Part shown: positions 27,956 through 46,100 of the stretch, one piece after another
How the letters are laid out: every line of letters starts with the position of its first letter
Numbering within the stretch: position 1 is the stretch's first letter
Assembly: GCF_009914755.1 (NCBI RefSeq)
Contig: NC_060931.1
Length of the DNA: 64,000 bases
Source: the human T2T-CHM13v2.0 reference genome, Homo sapiens
Direction: 5' to 3' (one strand)
Notes under the pieces: model-generated
Told to the model about the DNA's origin: nothing
Databases searched by the model: none
Seen by the model: only the letters and a program-made list of their open reading frames with translations
Program-made: the position numbers and the translations under genes

Positions 27956-30050
27956 CACTATTTAAAAAAATTTATACTCCAACCCAATTACTCTGCATTG
28001 TAATTTTTGTTACTCAAATTTGTTATTTATTTTCTGTAAGGGATGCAGCTCTTAAACAATTGTAAATGGTCATTATATTCTCTGCCTTTGTTTACTTAAA
28101 TCATGTTTAGTTATCAATGCTTTTGTATACTTAAATCATGTTTCGTTATCAAATTAGGTGTAGTATTAATGAAACATTGATTCTACTTAACAGTATTAGC
28201 TGTGAATAATTTCCATTTTCTTAGCATAAAACAAAAAATATATTTGGAGAGGGTATTTTAAAAAATAGAAGAAAATATGAAGTTGCAGAAACATCTAGAA
28301 TTTATTATTTATAAAATGAAAGCAAAACTCCTAAGTCTGGTAAGACACTGCTTATGCCAAATGATGCAAGCTTGAAGGGTACATGACAAGAATAAAAATA
28401 GCACTGAAACTGATCAAGACATTTGATTTGATCCTTTTCTACTCCAAATTCAGCTTAAACAAATCAGCTTGACCTAATCTTTGCACAAAATATGACTGCA
28501 CTTTATTATTATTACTATGAAAATGCCCCTGATACCCTAAAAATCACTATATAAGTGTTGCCATTTTCATTCCACCTTGCCTATGCTGTAAGGGATCATT
28601 CACTGTAATATCCAATAGCAATTTCACTTTCTTGGAAAAGCTAAAACTGATACTGAAGTATGAGCTACCCATAGTTTCTTAATATCCTTCAACTTTCACT
28701 TTGATATTTAGACTAAATGATTCTAAGAACAATGACATGTTTTTGTATACAGAGTAAATAAAAATCCCACATAAACTATTTTAAATTATATTAAGTATTT
28801 AATATAAGCTAAACAGATTCAAATCCTGAGGGTGTGCCAGGGCCCATCAGGCATACTGGACTGGTTATCAGAACACATTTTTAATCCCCGAGGCAAGCCT
28901 TTTTGACTGCACCCCAAGAACTCTAAATGTAGATGCAGGACAGTTCCAAGAAGAAGGAGGAATCTGAAGCTAGGCATCAGGTTAATTACAGTTGAAATTG
29001 TTTTCCAAAAAAAAAGATTATCTCAACTTCACATTAAAATATATGCAGGTAGATAAATATAAAAGACAAAAATTGGCAATAGCACTGGAAAAATGAAAGA
29101 ATGGAGTTAGATCTGAGAGATGGGAGATATTTGAGATGGATACATGGGCACCCCAGTGATTCCAGATAAACAATGAGACATTGAAACAAACTAAGAAGTG
29201 GAAGAAAAACATGATTGTAACTAACTTCTGCATTCCCCAGAATTCAAATAAAATAATTTCTGCATATTTTCAAAAACATGTAAACTGCACTGCATCCCTT
29301 TTGTGGAGATACATGTTTTATGGTTTGATCACAGTCATGCAGGTACTTACTTCATGTTCATCATTTAAAGAAGGAGTCTTTTCAGTTGTCGCATACAACC
29401 TAGTTTTGAATATTCTAATTGGGCAAAATCTCTTATGCCTGCTTAAGTGACAGTTTGTACCTCAGGGGCATAATCTAAACAGACAAAGTCACCAGCTCTT
29501 TCAAAGTTAGTATCATTTCAGGTGTTGCATGCACGGATTGCATTATCCATTTGGGAGAGGAAAATTAAGGAGAAATTCCAGGAATGATGAAGGCATCTGG
29601 AGCAGAGGATAGATTGGAAGGCTCTATCTTCCTGTCAAATTTGGGCCAGAAAGTTGAAGAAGTCTGGCCTGCAGAATCAGAAAATCAGGAGGTGTACTGA
29701 ATACATGACCCAACATTCCAAGGGGTCAAATCCATGTTGCATTCAGTGACAGTCTCTCAGCCTTAGAACTGCCAGGAGGTGCTACCATGGGTCATGGAGT
29801 AACTACTTTCTTCTGAAACAAGGGTACAGATGATAAGGAGTCACTACAGAATTTTTGCAAAATAGGTTAAAAAACAAACACTTTTTTTCAAGCTGAATAC
29901 TAAAATTATATTAATAATGAAAATATAATGCTGAATAGAAAATGCCAACATAGCCAGAGTGATAAATTAATTCTATAGACCAACAAGTCAAACATAAGAA
30001 AAAGTTGGAAAAATTTACCATACCAATTACATTTTAATTGTAGTAGTATA

Positions 30051-31929
30051 TCTCCGTCATCTCAGCCCAAAAACTCCTTAAGCTGATAAGCAACTTCAGC
30101 AAGGTCTCAGCATACAAAATCAATGTGCAAAAATCACAAGCATTCCTTCACACCAACAATAGACAAGCAGAGAGCCAAATCATGAATGAACTCCCATTTA
30201 CAATAGCTACAAAGAGAATAAAATACCTAAGAATACAGTTAACAAGGGATGTGAAGGACCTCTTCAAGGAGAACTACAAACCACTGCTCAAGGAAATAAT
30301 AGAGGACACAAACAAATGGAAAAACGTTCCATCCTCATGGATAGGAAGAACAAATATCGTGAAAATGGCCATACTGCCCAAAGTAATTAATAGATTCATT
30401 GCTATTCCCATCAAACTACCATTGACATTCTTCACAGAATCAGAAAAAACTACTTTAAATTTCATGTAGAATCAAAGAAGACCCTGTATAGCCAAGACAA
30501 TCCTAAGCATAAAAAACAAATGGAGACATCATGCTACCTGACTTCAAACTATACTACAGTGCTACAGTAACCAAAACAGCATGGTACTGGTACCAAAACA
30601 GACATATAGACCAAAAAGGAACAGAACAGAGACCTCAGAAATAATACCACGCATCTACAACCATCTGATCTTCGACAAACCTGACAATAACAAGCAGTGG
30701 GGAAAGGATCTCCTATTTAATAAGTGGTGCTGGGAAAACTGGCTAGCCATATGCAGAAAACTGAAACTGGACCCCTTCCTTACACCTTATACAAATATTG
30801 AGTCAAGATAGATTAGAGACTTAAATGTAAAACCCAAAACCATAAAAACCCTAGAATAAAACTTAGGCAATACCATTCAGGACTTAGGCATGGACAAACT
30901 CCTAAAGCAATGCAATAAAAGCCAAAATTGACAAAGGAGATCTAATTAAACTAAAGAGCTTCTGCACAGCAAAAGCAACTATCATCAGAATAAACAGGCA
31001 ACCTAAATAATGGGAGAAAATTTTTGCAATCTACCCATCTGACAAAGGTCTAATATCCAGAATTTACAGGGAACTTAAACAAATTTACAAGAAAAGAAAC
31101 AAACAATTCCATCAAAAAGTGGGCAAAGAATATGAACAAACACTTCTCTAAAAAAGACATTTACACAGACAACAAACATATAAAAAAATTTAATATCACT
31201 GATCATTAGAGAAATGCAAATCAAAACCACAATGAGATACCATCTTACAGTCAGAATGATGATTATTAAAAAGTCAAGAAACAATAGATGCTGGCGAGGC
31301 TGTGGAGAAAAAGGAAGGCTTTTACACTGTTGGTGGGAATGTAAATTGCTTCAAACATTGTGGAAGATAGTATGGTGGTTCCTCAAGGATCTAGAACCAG
31401 AAATACCATTTGACCCAGCAATCTCATTACTGGGTATATACACAAAGGAATATAAATCATTCTGCTATAGAGACACACACACAGGTATGTTTATTGCAGC
31501 ACTATTTATGGTAGCAAAGTCATGGAACCAACTCAAATGTCCATCAATGATAGTCTGGTAAAAGGAAATGTGGTACATATACACCATGGAATACTATGCA
31601 GCCATAAAAAGGAATGAGATTGTGCCCCTTGTAAGGACATGGATAAAGCTGGAAGCCATCATCCTCAACAAACTACCACAGGAACAGGAAACCAAACACT
31701 ACATGTTCTCACTCATAAGTGGGAGGTGAACAATGGACACAGGGAAGGGAACAACACACACCAGGGCCTGTTGTGGGGTAGGAGGCAATGGGAGGGAACT
31801 TAGAGGACAGGTCCATAGGTGGAGCAAACCACCATGGCACACATATACCTATGTAACAAACCTGCACATTCTGCATATGTATTCCAGAACTTAAAGTAAA
31901 ATAAATTTTAAAAAAAGAAAAAGAAAAAA
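30051..31929 (+). mobile_element. 5'-truncated L1PA (approx. L1PA8A-L1PA10) with 3' ORF2, 3' UTR and polyA
   Basis: ORF2 fragments ([11 protein letters not shown]...; [18 protein letters not shown] cysteine-rich domain); G-rich 3' UTR; A tail. Confidence 0.95.
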
Positions 31930-32137
31930 CTCATCATACCATTAGTTTTTAAATTGTAGTAATACAAGCTTGATAATTTTAGCATATCTCAACGTAACAT
32001 GCATCCTATCAGATGATCAATACCTAGATCTGCTTTTAAGTGAAAGTCTGCAATAATTTAATACAGTTTTTAGAAATTCATGGTAAAATGCCTTTCAAAA
32101 TGTGAAAAATATATTTCCTTAAAATACATTTGGTTGG

Positions 32138-32670
32138 CAATCCCATTACTGGGTATATATCCAAAATTTTAAAAAATGTTCTACCAATAAGAGATACACC
32201 CACATATCCATCGCAGCACAATTCATCACAATAGCAAAGTCATGGAATCAACCTAGGTGTCCATCAACGGTGGATTGGATAAAGAAAATGTGGTAAATAT
32301 AACTGTGGAATACTTACACAGCCATAAAAATAGCCTGTCCTTTGCAGCAACATGGATGCAACTGGAGGCCATTATGCTAAGTAAATTAACTCAGGAAGAG
32401 GAGAACAAATACTGGGTATTCTTACTTACAAGTGGGAGCTAAATGTCCAGTACTCATGTACGTAGAGACGGCAACAATAAACACTGGGGACTACTGGTGG
32501 GGAGGGACAGAATGAGGTAAGGGTTTAGAAATTAAGTGTTATGTGCTTACTACTTAGGTGACGGGACCATTCGTGCTCCAACCTCAGTGTCACACAATAT
32601 ACCCAGGTAGCAGCCCTGCACATGTATCTCCTAAATCTAAACAAGAAGTTGAAAAAGGGGGAAAAAAAAA
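32138..32670 (+). mobile_element. L1PA15/16-like 3' end
   Basis: gcaatcccattactgggtatat...tcctttgcagcaacatggatgcaactggaggccattat; ~17-bp TSD aaaatacatttggttgg (32121) / aaagtacatttgtttgg (32668). Confidence 0.88.
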
Positions 32671-33289
32671 GTACATTTGTTTGGAAATCACACCAACCAA
32701 CCGTATTTTACCATTGAAATGAAAGTTATTTTAAAATTTCTGTTAAGGAATGAGGAAGAGATACAGAAACAAAAAATGTATTCACTCAAGAAGATCAAGT
32801 GAAAAAATTATTTAATATGGAATAATGTACAAGTAATTTGTCAAATGTAATAGCTTTTTCTTATGTCAGCAATAATCAGTTGATAGCTATTGTGGGCAGA
32901 GTTTCCATGCTGATAAAAATAAATAAATAAATAAATAAAATACACAAGGTAAATGGAATATATAACAAAATAATCAACATGAAATATAAAATAATGAAAT
33001 ATGGAATGCATAAGAAATATATACAAGTATATTGAGTGTATGAAAGGAGGTAGCTAAATTGAATGGCAAACTATAATACTACTCGGAAATATTGAATACT
33101 AAAAATGTGGGAATTGTTTCTAAATTAGTGTATGGATTTACAAAAATTTATATTGTTATTCAACCACGTTTTATGTTAATGATTCAAAGCTTTCATCATA
33201 ATACCTTACCACAGTTACCTATTCTCCCAAGAGTTAGTCTATTTCAAAGCCATTCATTAATATACACAAAGCTTTATTAAACATTTTAA

Positions 33290-33455
33290 ATTAGTTGTTC
33301 TTCACCTTAACTCATAATTAGATTCCAGTGAGAATTTTTACAAGTCCTCATTGTAAAAATTGAGAGACCAGCTCAATCAAATTAGAAATTCAGCATCAAC
33401 AATGTTTAAAGCTTCCCACATGATTCCAATGTACAGCATGGTTAAGAGTGAATTT
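33290..33455. mobile_element. MER5-like hAT MITE remnant
   Basis: agttgttcttcacctt...tttaaagcttcccacatgattccaatgtacagcatggttaagag. Confidence 0.55.
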
Positions 33456-34604
33456 TGGAAAATTATTTTTGTATGACTGCTTTTATTTTATTTGGATAAA
33501 TTCCTAGGACATAAATTGGTTTTGCAAAGAGCACACTAATTTTAATGTATTCTTATGACTTTTCAAGAGGATATACTGATTTATAATTCCCACAGTTAGA
33601 GAGTGAAAGAACTCATTCTCTCACATCTATCAACATCTATTGAACTGTTTTATCATTACTTGTAGGCATTGTGAATTTGCTATAAGAGCAATGCTAAAAT
33701 ACATGATGCTAATATAGACATCTTTATTTGAAATATTTGCATGTCTTTTGTAAACTACCTGTTCAGAATTATGCCAATGTTTACTCTAGCATATTCCTCT
33801 TTAACATGCTACTTTAAAGGCTTCCTATAATATTAAATCTTTTTAATCTTTTGATTTTCTCCTTCTCTCTTTCTTTTGCATTTAAATTTTACTAAGATAT
33901 ATATGTTATATCTACATTTTAAAATTATCAGTAATTTTCTTAAAGGAGTTGATAAATTTGTGATTACCTCTACAGCACATATTTGTTTATGTATGTTTTA
34001 TTATATTTCTTTCATTATATTAAGCTCTCTGCATTTGTATGTTTATGATTTAACTTTTGCAGTTTACTATTTAATACATCAGGAATTTAATCTTTTGTGT
34101 TTTAAATGTGAGCCTTGTATGTGTTTTTTTTTACTCCAAACAATAAACTTTCATAAGTAGATTATTTTGATCTAACTTTATCCATTGATTTCCAATGCCA
34201 TTTCTATAATATACCCAAATTTGTACTTATATCTATGTATGCAATTTTCATTTTATTCTATTAAGTAGCTGATTATTCCTTGAACTAATATTGTATAATT
34301 TTAATAATTAGAGCTTTATTCTATTATTATTAATTGGTAGTAAAATTTTCCCTCTTTATTCTTTTTTTAAGCAGATATTGCTAATTTTAGATATCTTTTT
34401 TATAAATGTACTTTAGAATGATTGTGGCTCACTGAAAAATTAAAATCCCTTGAAATTCCATTGAAATACATAAAATATATGTGTATTCATACCAAATTAA
34501 ATATTTCCACTTAGAAACTTACTACGTTTCTGCATATATTCAAATCCCACTTTAAAACAAGTCAAATCTTATAAAGTATTTTGGTTTTATCCTGTGGAAT
34601 ATTT

Positions 34605-34623
34605 TATATATATATATATATAT
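34605..34623. repeat. (TA)n microsatellite
   Basis: Seen directly. Confidence 0.9.
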
Positions 34624-34904
34624 CTGGATATGAATATATTATATAGGACAAAAATACATACATATATAATTTTAGTAACTGTATGTGAAATACTTTCTCC
34701 CTATTATAAATTAACCAATTAGTTCTAGGTAGTAAGGAAGGTATTAAAGTTTGTGCATTTATTTTATATAAGTGACATTGCTGAGTCTTCATAATAGATC
34801 TAATAGGATTTCAGTTGTTTTGGTTGTGGTTGTCTTCCAGGTAGAACATCTTGTTCATACACTGTGTTGCACACAGCCCTCAACAGGGCTGCAACCATCC
34901 TTCC

Positions 34905-35268
34905 CATTCCTGGGGCTTCTTCTATTATGTGATTTTGGTATTTCTCCTAACAAGAAGGTGGGTCTATGTCTCCTTCATATTAACCTGCAGGCTTGGGACT
35001 CCCTTATAACTGGAAAATATAGCAGAAGTGAGGCTGAGTGATCTCTGAGGTCAGTCATAAAGAGTGGCACTATTCAATTTTGTTCTCCAGAGTCCCAGGT
35101 CAAAACGGGTGAGCAATCTTGGCTGCTCTGAAGCCACCATGCTGTGACCATACAGGTCAGACCTGAGACTGCACCAAGAGAGGTGCCATGTCAGTCCCAG
35201 TTTTAACACTTAGTTCCCAGGGGATGGTTTGGGGACTATTTCCTATACAGCAATAGAAAGCAGATCAC
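34905..35268 (+). mobile_element. MLT1G/H-like LTR
   Basis: caagaaggtgggtctatgtctcct; atatagcagaagtga; gaagccaccatgctgtga; end tatacagcaatagaaagcagatca. Confidence 0.65.
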
Positions 35269-37311
35269 CCTATTGTAGGAAATAATGATGTTTGCTTCTT
35301 TCCTAATATCTTATTTTAAATTTTTATATCTCTGTATCCTACTTTATTTGCTAGAATATTTGGAATAGCGTTAAATGATATCAGTGATGGTGGTCCTCTT
35401 CTTTGTCCTGCTTTTATGCAAATGCCAAAAATATTGTACCAGTAAGCATTATGTTGACTGTAGACCAAATTTTAATAGCTGGTGAAACTTCTGAACCACC
35501 ACCTGGGAAACCAAGCGTGGCTCAAGGTCAACTGAAAAGCTCCATCTTCTGAGGTGTAAGCAGGCCAGTGTGGCATGCAGCACCATTGACAGGCAATGGG
35601 TGGTCAGCTCCTCAAGTGTCTTAGGTACTGCATCATGAATGAAATTTCACATGTTGTTCATATCAACCAAGCCACCTATACGTGAAAATGCATAGGAGGT
35701 GCAGTAAGTCAGAGCAGAGTCCTGGGATCGGAGCCCATGTCTAGTATCCGAGATCAGGAGTTTAACCAGATTAATGAAAAATGTGTTTAACAAAACCAAA
35801 AAAAAAAAAAACCCCACAAATGTTAGTTTTTGGAATAATTTTGCCATTTATCGTTATTTTTTAGAAACTCAATTTGTGTAGGACATGCTAAATTATGTTC
35901 AATTTGTTAATTTAGAGGACACAATTATTGCTTAGTTCTTACTCCTCAAAATGTAGTTAGAATGATTAAAAAAAAAAAATAAACCACCATCTGAGAAACC
36001 AGCCGTGAATATCTGAGCCCATAATGTTAAAGCAAATGCCATTGGGTCATTATACATGGCCATAGGGAACTAAATTAACTTCTCCTTGATGAGAAATCTG
36101 ACTTGTGATTTCCTCAGAAGAAAAGTTAATTAGCACAATCTTATTAAAATATGTTCTGATTTAAAGGAATTCAGTGGTGTCAATATATCTATCCAACTAT
36201 ATCTAATTATTCATTTATTTTTATAACTCAACTTGTAACAAAATGCAGATTTTTGACTTGCAAATATAAATGCAAGAAACAAGGTAAACTTTAATAAATG
36301 AAATAAAACTGAGGTAGAAAAAAGATAACTAAAGGCATAATACACAATGAAGACTAATGAATTCATGTAGTAGTGAGGGGTTATATGAGTTTGGTTCTGA
36401 AATTTCTACAAGCAATAGTTTATTTTGAACAACGTGTTAAAAAATTTTGAAATCTGATCGATATTGGAATTATTGTTTTTGCCCAAATTACTGATATTAG
36501 TTTCATCCTGAGATTTGCAGACAGACCAGAATGAACAGGACAGGAGACTGTATGGTGGTCTGTACTGAGAACTTAAGAAATATTGCCTAGTGACCCACAG
36601 GAGATTCATAATTTTCCTCAGTCTAGTTATGGAGAAATGATAAAGTTAATTCATGTGAATAGAGTTTTTTTAAGAAATAAAAAGCTATATGCCCACAGAA
36701 GAGGATATTATTAGTTACATATTGATGAAGAACAAAATCTTTAAATGGTGCGTTATTTCTGCCAGTTACATGGTCCATCAGGCCATGATTGTCTGTAACT
36801 GAATTGTCGATTTCACTGAAAATGAAAATCAAACTGGTAAATTATAATGTGAAGGCTAAGTAATAATGATAGATCATGTGGTTCATGTCTCCGCACTAAA
36901 CAGTGCCACATTAATTTTAACTCTACCATTCATATACGTAGCAACTTCTGCTGAGTATGTGGGTAAGGAGATAGGAGACGTGACTGATTCCTCAATTAAA
37001 AAAATATTGATTGACCAAATGACACAAACTATGTTAAAGGATTAGTTAGTTAATTTCACTAGTTTTCTAATTTATCAAGTATTTATATGACAATGATCCT
37101 AGGATCACTTCTTTAATTTGTTATGTTGATATACTGATAATTAATTCTTCGTATATCTCTTCTTTATAATGCATTTTTTTAAATATTGTTTTTATTCGAT
37201 TTCCTCATTTGAGATATATTGTTGCACTTTGACTTTTAAATTATTTCTGAAATAAGTAAATTTTAAATCCCTCCTGAAGATAATTACAAAGATTAGAAAT
37301 AGTTTATTGGT

Positions 37312-37675
<364 letters not shown>

Positions 37676-38384
37676 TAAAAGAAAATGCGTAGATAATTTG
37701 GATATCTTATATAACCACCCTAATATCTTATAAATTATGCTCCTGTTTATTCAGAAACTGGGAATACCATTTAAGTTTAGAATTCCAAAGAATCAAGAAA
37801 AACTACCTAATTGCTAAAAATAGAATTACTTTTTTTCTCTCTGTCATCCTTAACATTGAAAAAGCCCTCTTTGCTAATCAAATGGTTTAAGGTAAAAAGT
37901 AAAGGAATGGGAAAAGAGAACACATTCTAGAATTAACACATTTTATTAGGCAAAGTGGCCTCATTCTTTGTTTCCTTTTGCTTCTTCCTAAGCAATGTGG
38001 TTAAAATTTTTCTAATGTTTGGGCAGCATTCATTTAATTGGTGGTTGGTTCCTGGTTTACATCTTAAAATGTCCCAGGAGGGGACTGGGTATTCTCCTTT
38101 CTCATCTAGAGTACATCTTCCTGTCTTTGAAGGAAACTTTGTTTTCACTTGATAATTACAAGTTTAATCTCCGTAATCAGAGTCTAATGCTTAATTTCAG
38201 ATTTCTCTTTATTTTTAAAATCTCTCTTGCTATTTCTTTCTTTCTTCTTCTTTCCTTTTCTTTTCTTTTTTTTTTTTTTTGCTAGAAATCTGCTTAGGTC
38301 TGCACATTTACATAGTATCCTGGCTCTTCTGTTCATATTCCATAATTTCAAAGTAAGCTTATAAAATATAAAATCAGTACCCAT

Positions 38385-39330
38385 TCCTTAGTGACATGCC
38401 TCCAAAGAACAATGCATGCAAAGTAAAAAACAGTAACTTTACAGTGAAAAAAAGCTGGAAGATATGACATTAGCCAGCGGACCACGGTTCATATCACCAA
38501 TGACAAAATGTGTGAATGTGATATGACAAGAAGAGCACTCAACTTCTGTGATTGTCTTTCCCCAAATCAATAGCCTCAGTCTAATAATGGTAAAATATTA
38601 GATGAATCCATACTGAAGGACATTCTACAAAATATCTGACCAATATTCTTCAAAAGTATCATAACAATAAAAGACCAGGAAAGACAGAGTAACTGTAACA
38701 GACCAGGGAAGGGTGTTAACTGGACTAAATATGTCACTCCAAAACTCATACGCTGAAATCCTCAATCCCAATGTGATGGCATTAGGAGGTGAGGCCTTCA
38801 GGAGCAAGATGGTCATGAGAGTGGTTATGACACTGGTGCATTTATAAAGAAGAAGAGACAGGACCAGATCCTGCGCTGTCCACCATAGGAAGATACAATG
38901 TGAGAAGACAGCTATCTGCAAACCAGAAAGTGTCCTCACCAGATGCCACATATTCCAGGGCCTTAAGCTTGAACTTCCCAACCCCGAGAAACTTTGTTTT
39001 TTAAGACACTCAGTCTCTGGTACTTTTCTTATGAAAGCCTGATTGGCAAAGACAGAGCCTAATGAAAGATAACAAGGGAATACAATGCTTCATCCTGGAG
39101 TGCGTCCTGGGACATCAAAGGACACTAGTGGAAAGGACTTTAGTGGAAAAAGTGAAATGTGAATAAAGGCACTAGTATTGCATTACTATTGTGCCAATGT
39201 TGATTTCTCAGTCTGATAAATATTCCTGGGTTATGTAAGATGTTAACATTAAGGGGAAGCTGGGTGACATGTTTACAGAAACTCTGTACCATGTTTGCAA
39301 CTCTTCTGAAAAACCAAAATTATTTCAAAG
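38385..39330 (+). mobile_element. L1MC/L1MD-type 3' UTR interrupted by MLT1A
   Basis: agtaactttacagtg; gaaggacattctacaaaata; gttatgtaagatgttaacattaaggggaagctgggtga; ttgcaactcttctg. Confidence 0.85.
38714..39054 (+). mobile_element. MLT1A/MSTD-like solo LTR
   Basis: tgtt...ccaaaactcatacgctgaaatcct; aatgtgatggcattaggaggtgaggcctt; end aaagaca. Confidence 0.85.
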
Positions 39331-39569
39331 CGAAAGCCTGAGATTTCTGGAACGGAGTTTACATTTTTTCTTTTGACATATCCCACTGGATGCCTCATGG
39401 GTACTGAAAAGTAAGAATGGTCCTAAACAAACTCCTTTCTTTCCTCCATTATTAGATGCTGTACAGATACACTCCTGTTTCTCAAATTCATCCATCTTAT
39501 GGTTATGCAAATCTATTTTTCTAGTTTTAATTCTATTGCTCTTCTGACTCATTTGTGGGGTGCTTTTCC

Positions 39570-39872
<303 letters not shown>

Positions 39873-39884
39873 CCTTTTCCTTCT

Positions 39885-43120
<3,236 letters not shown>

Positions 43121-46100
43121 CTTGTCTGAGTACAGGTAAAATAGTTCTTAGCAGATGGACTATTTGTTAATCTGTGTCATAGTGAAGAACATTAAATTAT
43201 ATAGAGAAATTTGAGTCAAAAATATTTGGGATTACTGACTGAGAAGAGCGTGTATTAATTGAGAAAATTACAAAAAAATAGGTAATTATGCCCAACTAAT
43301 ATTGGGAGTCATACATTTGCAGTGGCCAAAGCCTGAATGGTTATTTCAGTTTTTTCATAAATATTCAGCTATGAAAGTGTTTAGGTTTTTAAGATATATG
43401 TCAAAAAATCATCAAAGTGGTAAAGTCAAGAGAATAGTTAGAATATCAGATTATGCAATCTCAACTTGTGGAGGAAGAGGAGGAGAAAATCACAGGGGCA
43501 ATGGAATGAGTATCTTCATGAAGTCCTGGGACATGTTGAAGTAGGATTGCAGCATTTTGAAGGTTGAAGAAAGAAGAATTAGAGGACTGAAATACTTAGC
43601 AATTTAACATCTAAAAGGTGGAGTAAACTTGAAATAACAGGATCCACAAAGTGGCTCTGATAATAGGTTTAGAAAGTGCAATTTAAGGATTTCTAAATGC
43701 TGGAGATGTTGGATATTTAAGTCAACAAGCTTGTTCAAGAATAAAAGTGGAAAGTAAGATTGAATATGAGAAAATGACCAAGAGAAAAAGTTTGTATGAA
43801 AAATAAAAATGTATAGGACAAGGTGATATTTCTGCATGAGCTTGTCTAATTGATACTCAATTGTGTCAAGAACCACTCAGTAGAGGACAGCACCATTTCC
43901 TACCAGGTGGTACATGGAGGGTTAGAGAAAGCAGTCTTGTTTCAAGCAAGGTGTCAAAATGTTTCAGCTTAAGTGAGGAGATAAGTCTCGAATTTGCTGA
44001 AGAGGTGATAGTTCAGGGAAGTTTGTTTAGAGTGAAATAACCATTCCATGGGACATATTAGAGATTGGGAGTAAAGTTTACAGCTGGGAAATGAGAAAGA
44101 GAATACACTTGGATCAGATGATAAAATGACTAGTCCTTGGAAAGCATATCATTTGGACGGTGACCAAGGGTTACAGTCGTAAGAGGCATGAGCTAAAAAA
44201 CAAACAAACAAACAAAAAACTACTTAGGTAAATTTAGTATTTTTTTCTAGGCTCCATGGATTACCTCTACTTCTTCCTGAAATGCGAATCCCTAGGAATC
44301 ACACAAATGCTTTTCCTGGCCTGTAGCAGTGGCCCAGATAGCTTTAGTATCCTAGTGGGTTCCAGAGGAAAGTCTCTGCTGCTTCTGAGTGGTATTGTGG
44401 ACTAGAAGAACGAGATAAAGTTTTGACACTAGCCAGGAAATGATTTGGCAGTGAGGAAGTAGAGCCAAGAATATCTTTAAGCCCAGAGAAATACTGAGAA
44501 GAGAACTGCTTCTCCAACCTCATCTGTTTCTTGCTCCCGTCTTCTGCAGAGAGCACTGGTTTCTATGCTTTATGAAAAATGTCTGCCATTTGCAGTTACT
44601 GAACATGATTTGATTGAATGTTCTTATGCTGATTTCTTCCACACTGCTGCCTCTAAATTTCTTCACAACATTATTTCCTGACTTGCACCCAGCCAACAAC
44701 CTCTAAGAGAGTGAATCCTTCCTCTGTGCTGCATTTCTACCTTGTACAAGGTTTTAGCCGCCATTCCCACGTTGTCCTGTGCTTATTTCTTTGTATGACT
44801 CTAAAACATAAGCAGGGGTGATGGTGTAATAGAGGGTGTGAAGGTTGGTGGCCACTCACACCATTGTGAGTAAAGCTTTGCACATATTTTCAGTCTACAT
44901 TTTTGCTATTATCCCTCCCAAAATTATAGAGCAGTGCACAGAATTATTACCTATACATGAAAGAAATGTCTCATCAAAACCTATAAAAAGAATTTTATAT
45001 TTTTCTCTTTCTCACATGTTGTAGATCGTTACCCATTTAATGATAATTGTTCTTCCATTATAACATGAAGCCATCTGTTCCATTTCTATAGAGATCACTA
45101 AAAATACCACAGTAATAATAAAAGTCAAACACATTTTTGTAATTCTGAGCTACTGCAAATTTCAATTTATATATGTGTGTGTATGTGATTTTATAAAGCG
45201 GTTAAGGATAAAAAAATTATTTTCGTAGTACATCATGTGATTCTGAGTCCCTTTTTACTGAAAAAAAGCCCACTTACCAAGAAAATAGCCAGAAGAAGCA
45301 TTTGACCAATTGCCCAAGGATTTAAAACTGCTTTAAAAATGGTGTGAACATAAGTGTTTGGTGGCAAAAATCATTAGCGCCTGAACTGTGAAGAATCTCG
45401 ATGTATGAGACCGAAGAACAGATACGTGAGTGGAATGTCTCCCTGGAGACAGGCACTGATTGTTGCAAGTGACAAAACAATCTACCACTGTAGTTTATAG
45501 ACTGCTGTACAATAATCAGGATTGAATTCCATGAAACAAAAATCCCATGAATTGTAAATATTCAAGGGAGCTAGGGGCAATGTAATTACAGTGATGAGAG
45601 TCATCTGGTGCAGGTCGGATGCCAAATATAATTCTTAGTGAGGTCACTGCAAGAAATTGAAAGACTCTGTGTATTTAGGGCTACAGTTTAGAGAATTACT
45701 TACAAAACGTCTTTCTTTCTGATTAACCTGGCTCAAAATACCATTCTAGAATCTAATTTTAAATAGATGTCACTTGCTTGTGGAGTAGGAATTAATTGAT
45801 TAAAGCAAACATTGTATAAGATTTTAAATCCTGTGCATAATGCAATGAAATACAATTTTGCTAACTGCTTTTTATACATAAACAGATCGTTCCTCTACTT
45901 TTGTGTCTGAGTTCATAAGTAAAGAACCAGAGGAACAGCAGATTAAACATGTACAATTTTGTCATATTGTGAAGCTGAACAATTCCTCTCTTGGAAATTT
46001 CCTCATCACCTCCTGCTTGGTTCTCTGGGGACAGGAGTGGGAGAGGACTGGAAGGATATTCTCCTTCTGCTATTTTTATGATTATACAGGGTACATTGAT

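Larger units (their letters stand above)
33460..35470 (-). mobile_element. Highly decayed L1ME-type segment, interrupted by MLT1
   Basis: Long T-rich tract with L1 antisense motifs (ggataaattcctagga; atatactgatttataattcccacag; aatgatatcagtgatggtggtcctcttctttgtcctg). Confidence 0.5.

Noticed and set aside
28093-28152. 25-bp direct repeat tacttaaatcatgtttagttatcaa with 35-bp period
   Set aside because: Simple local duplication in AT-rich DNA; only two copies
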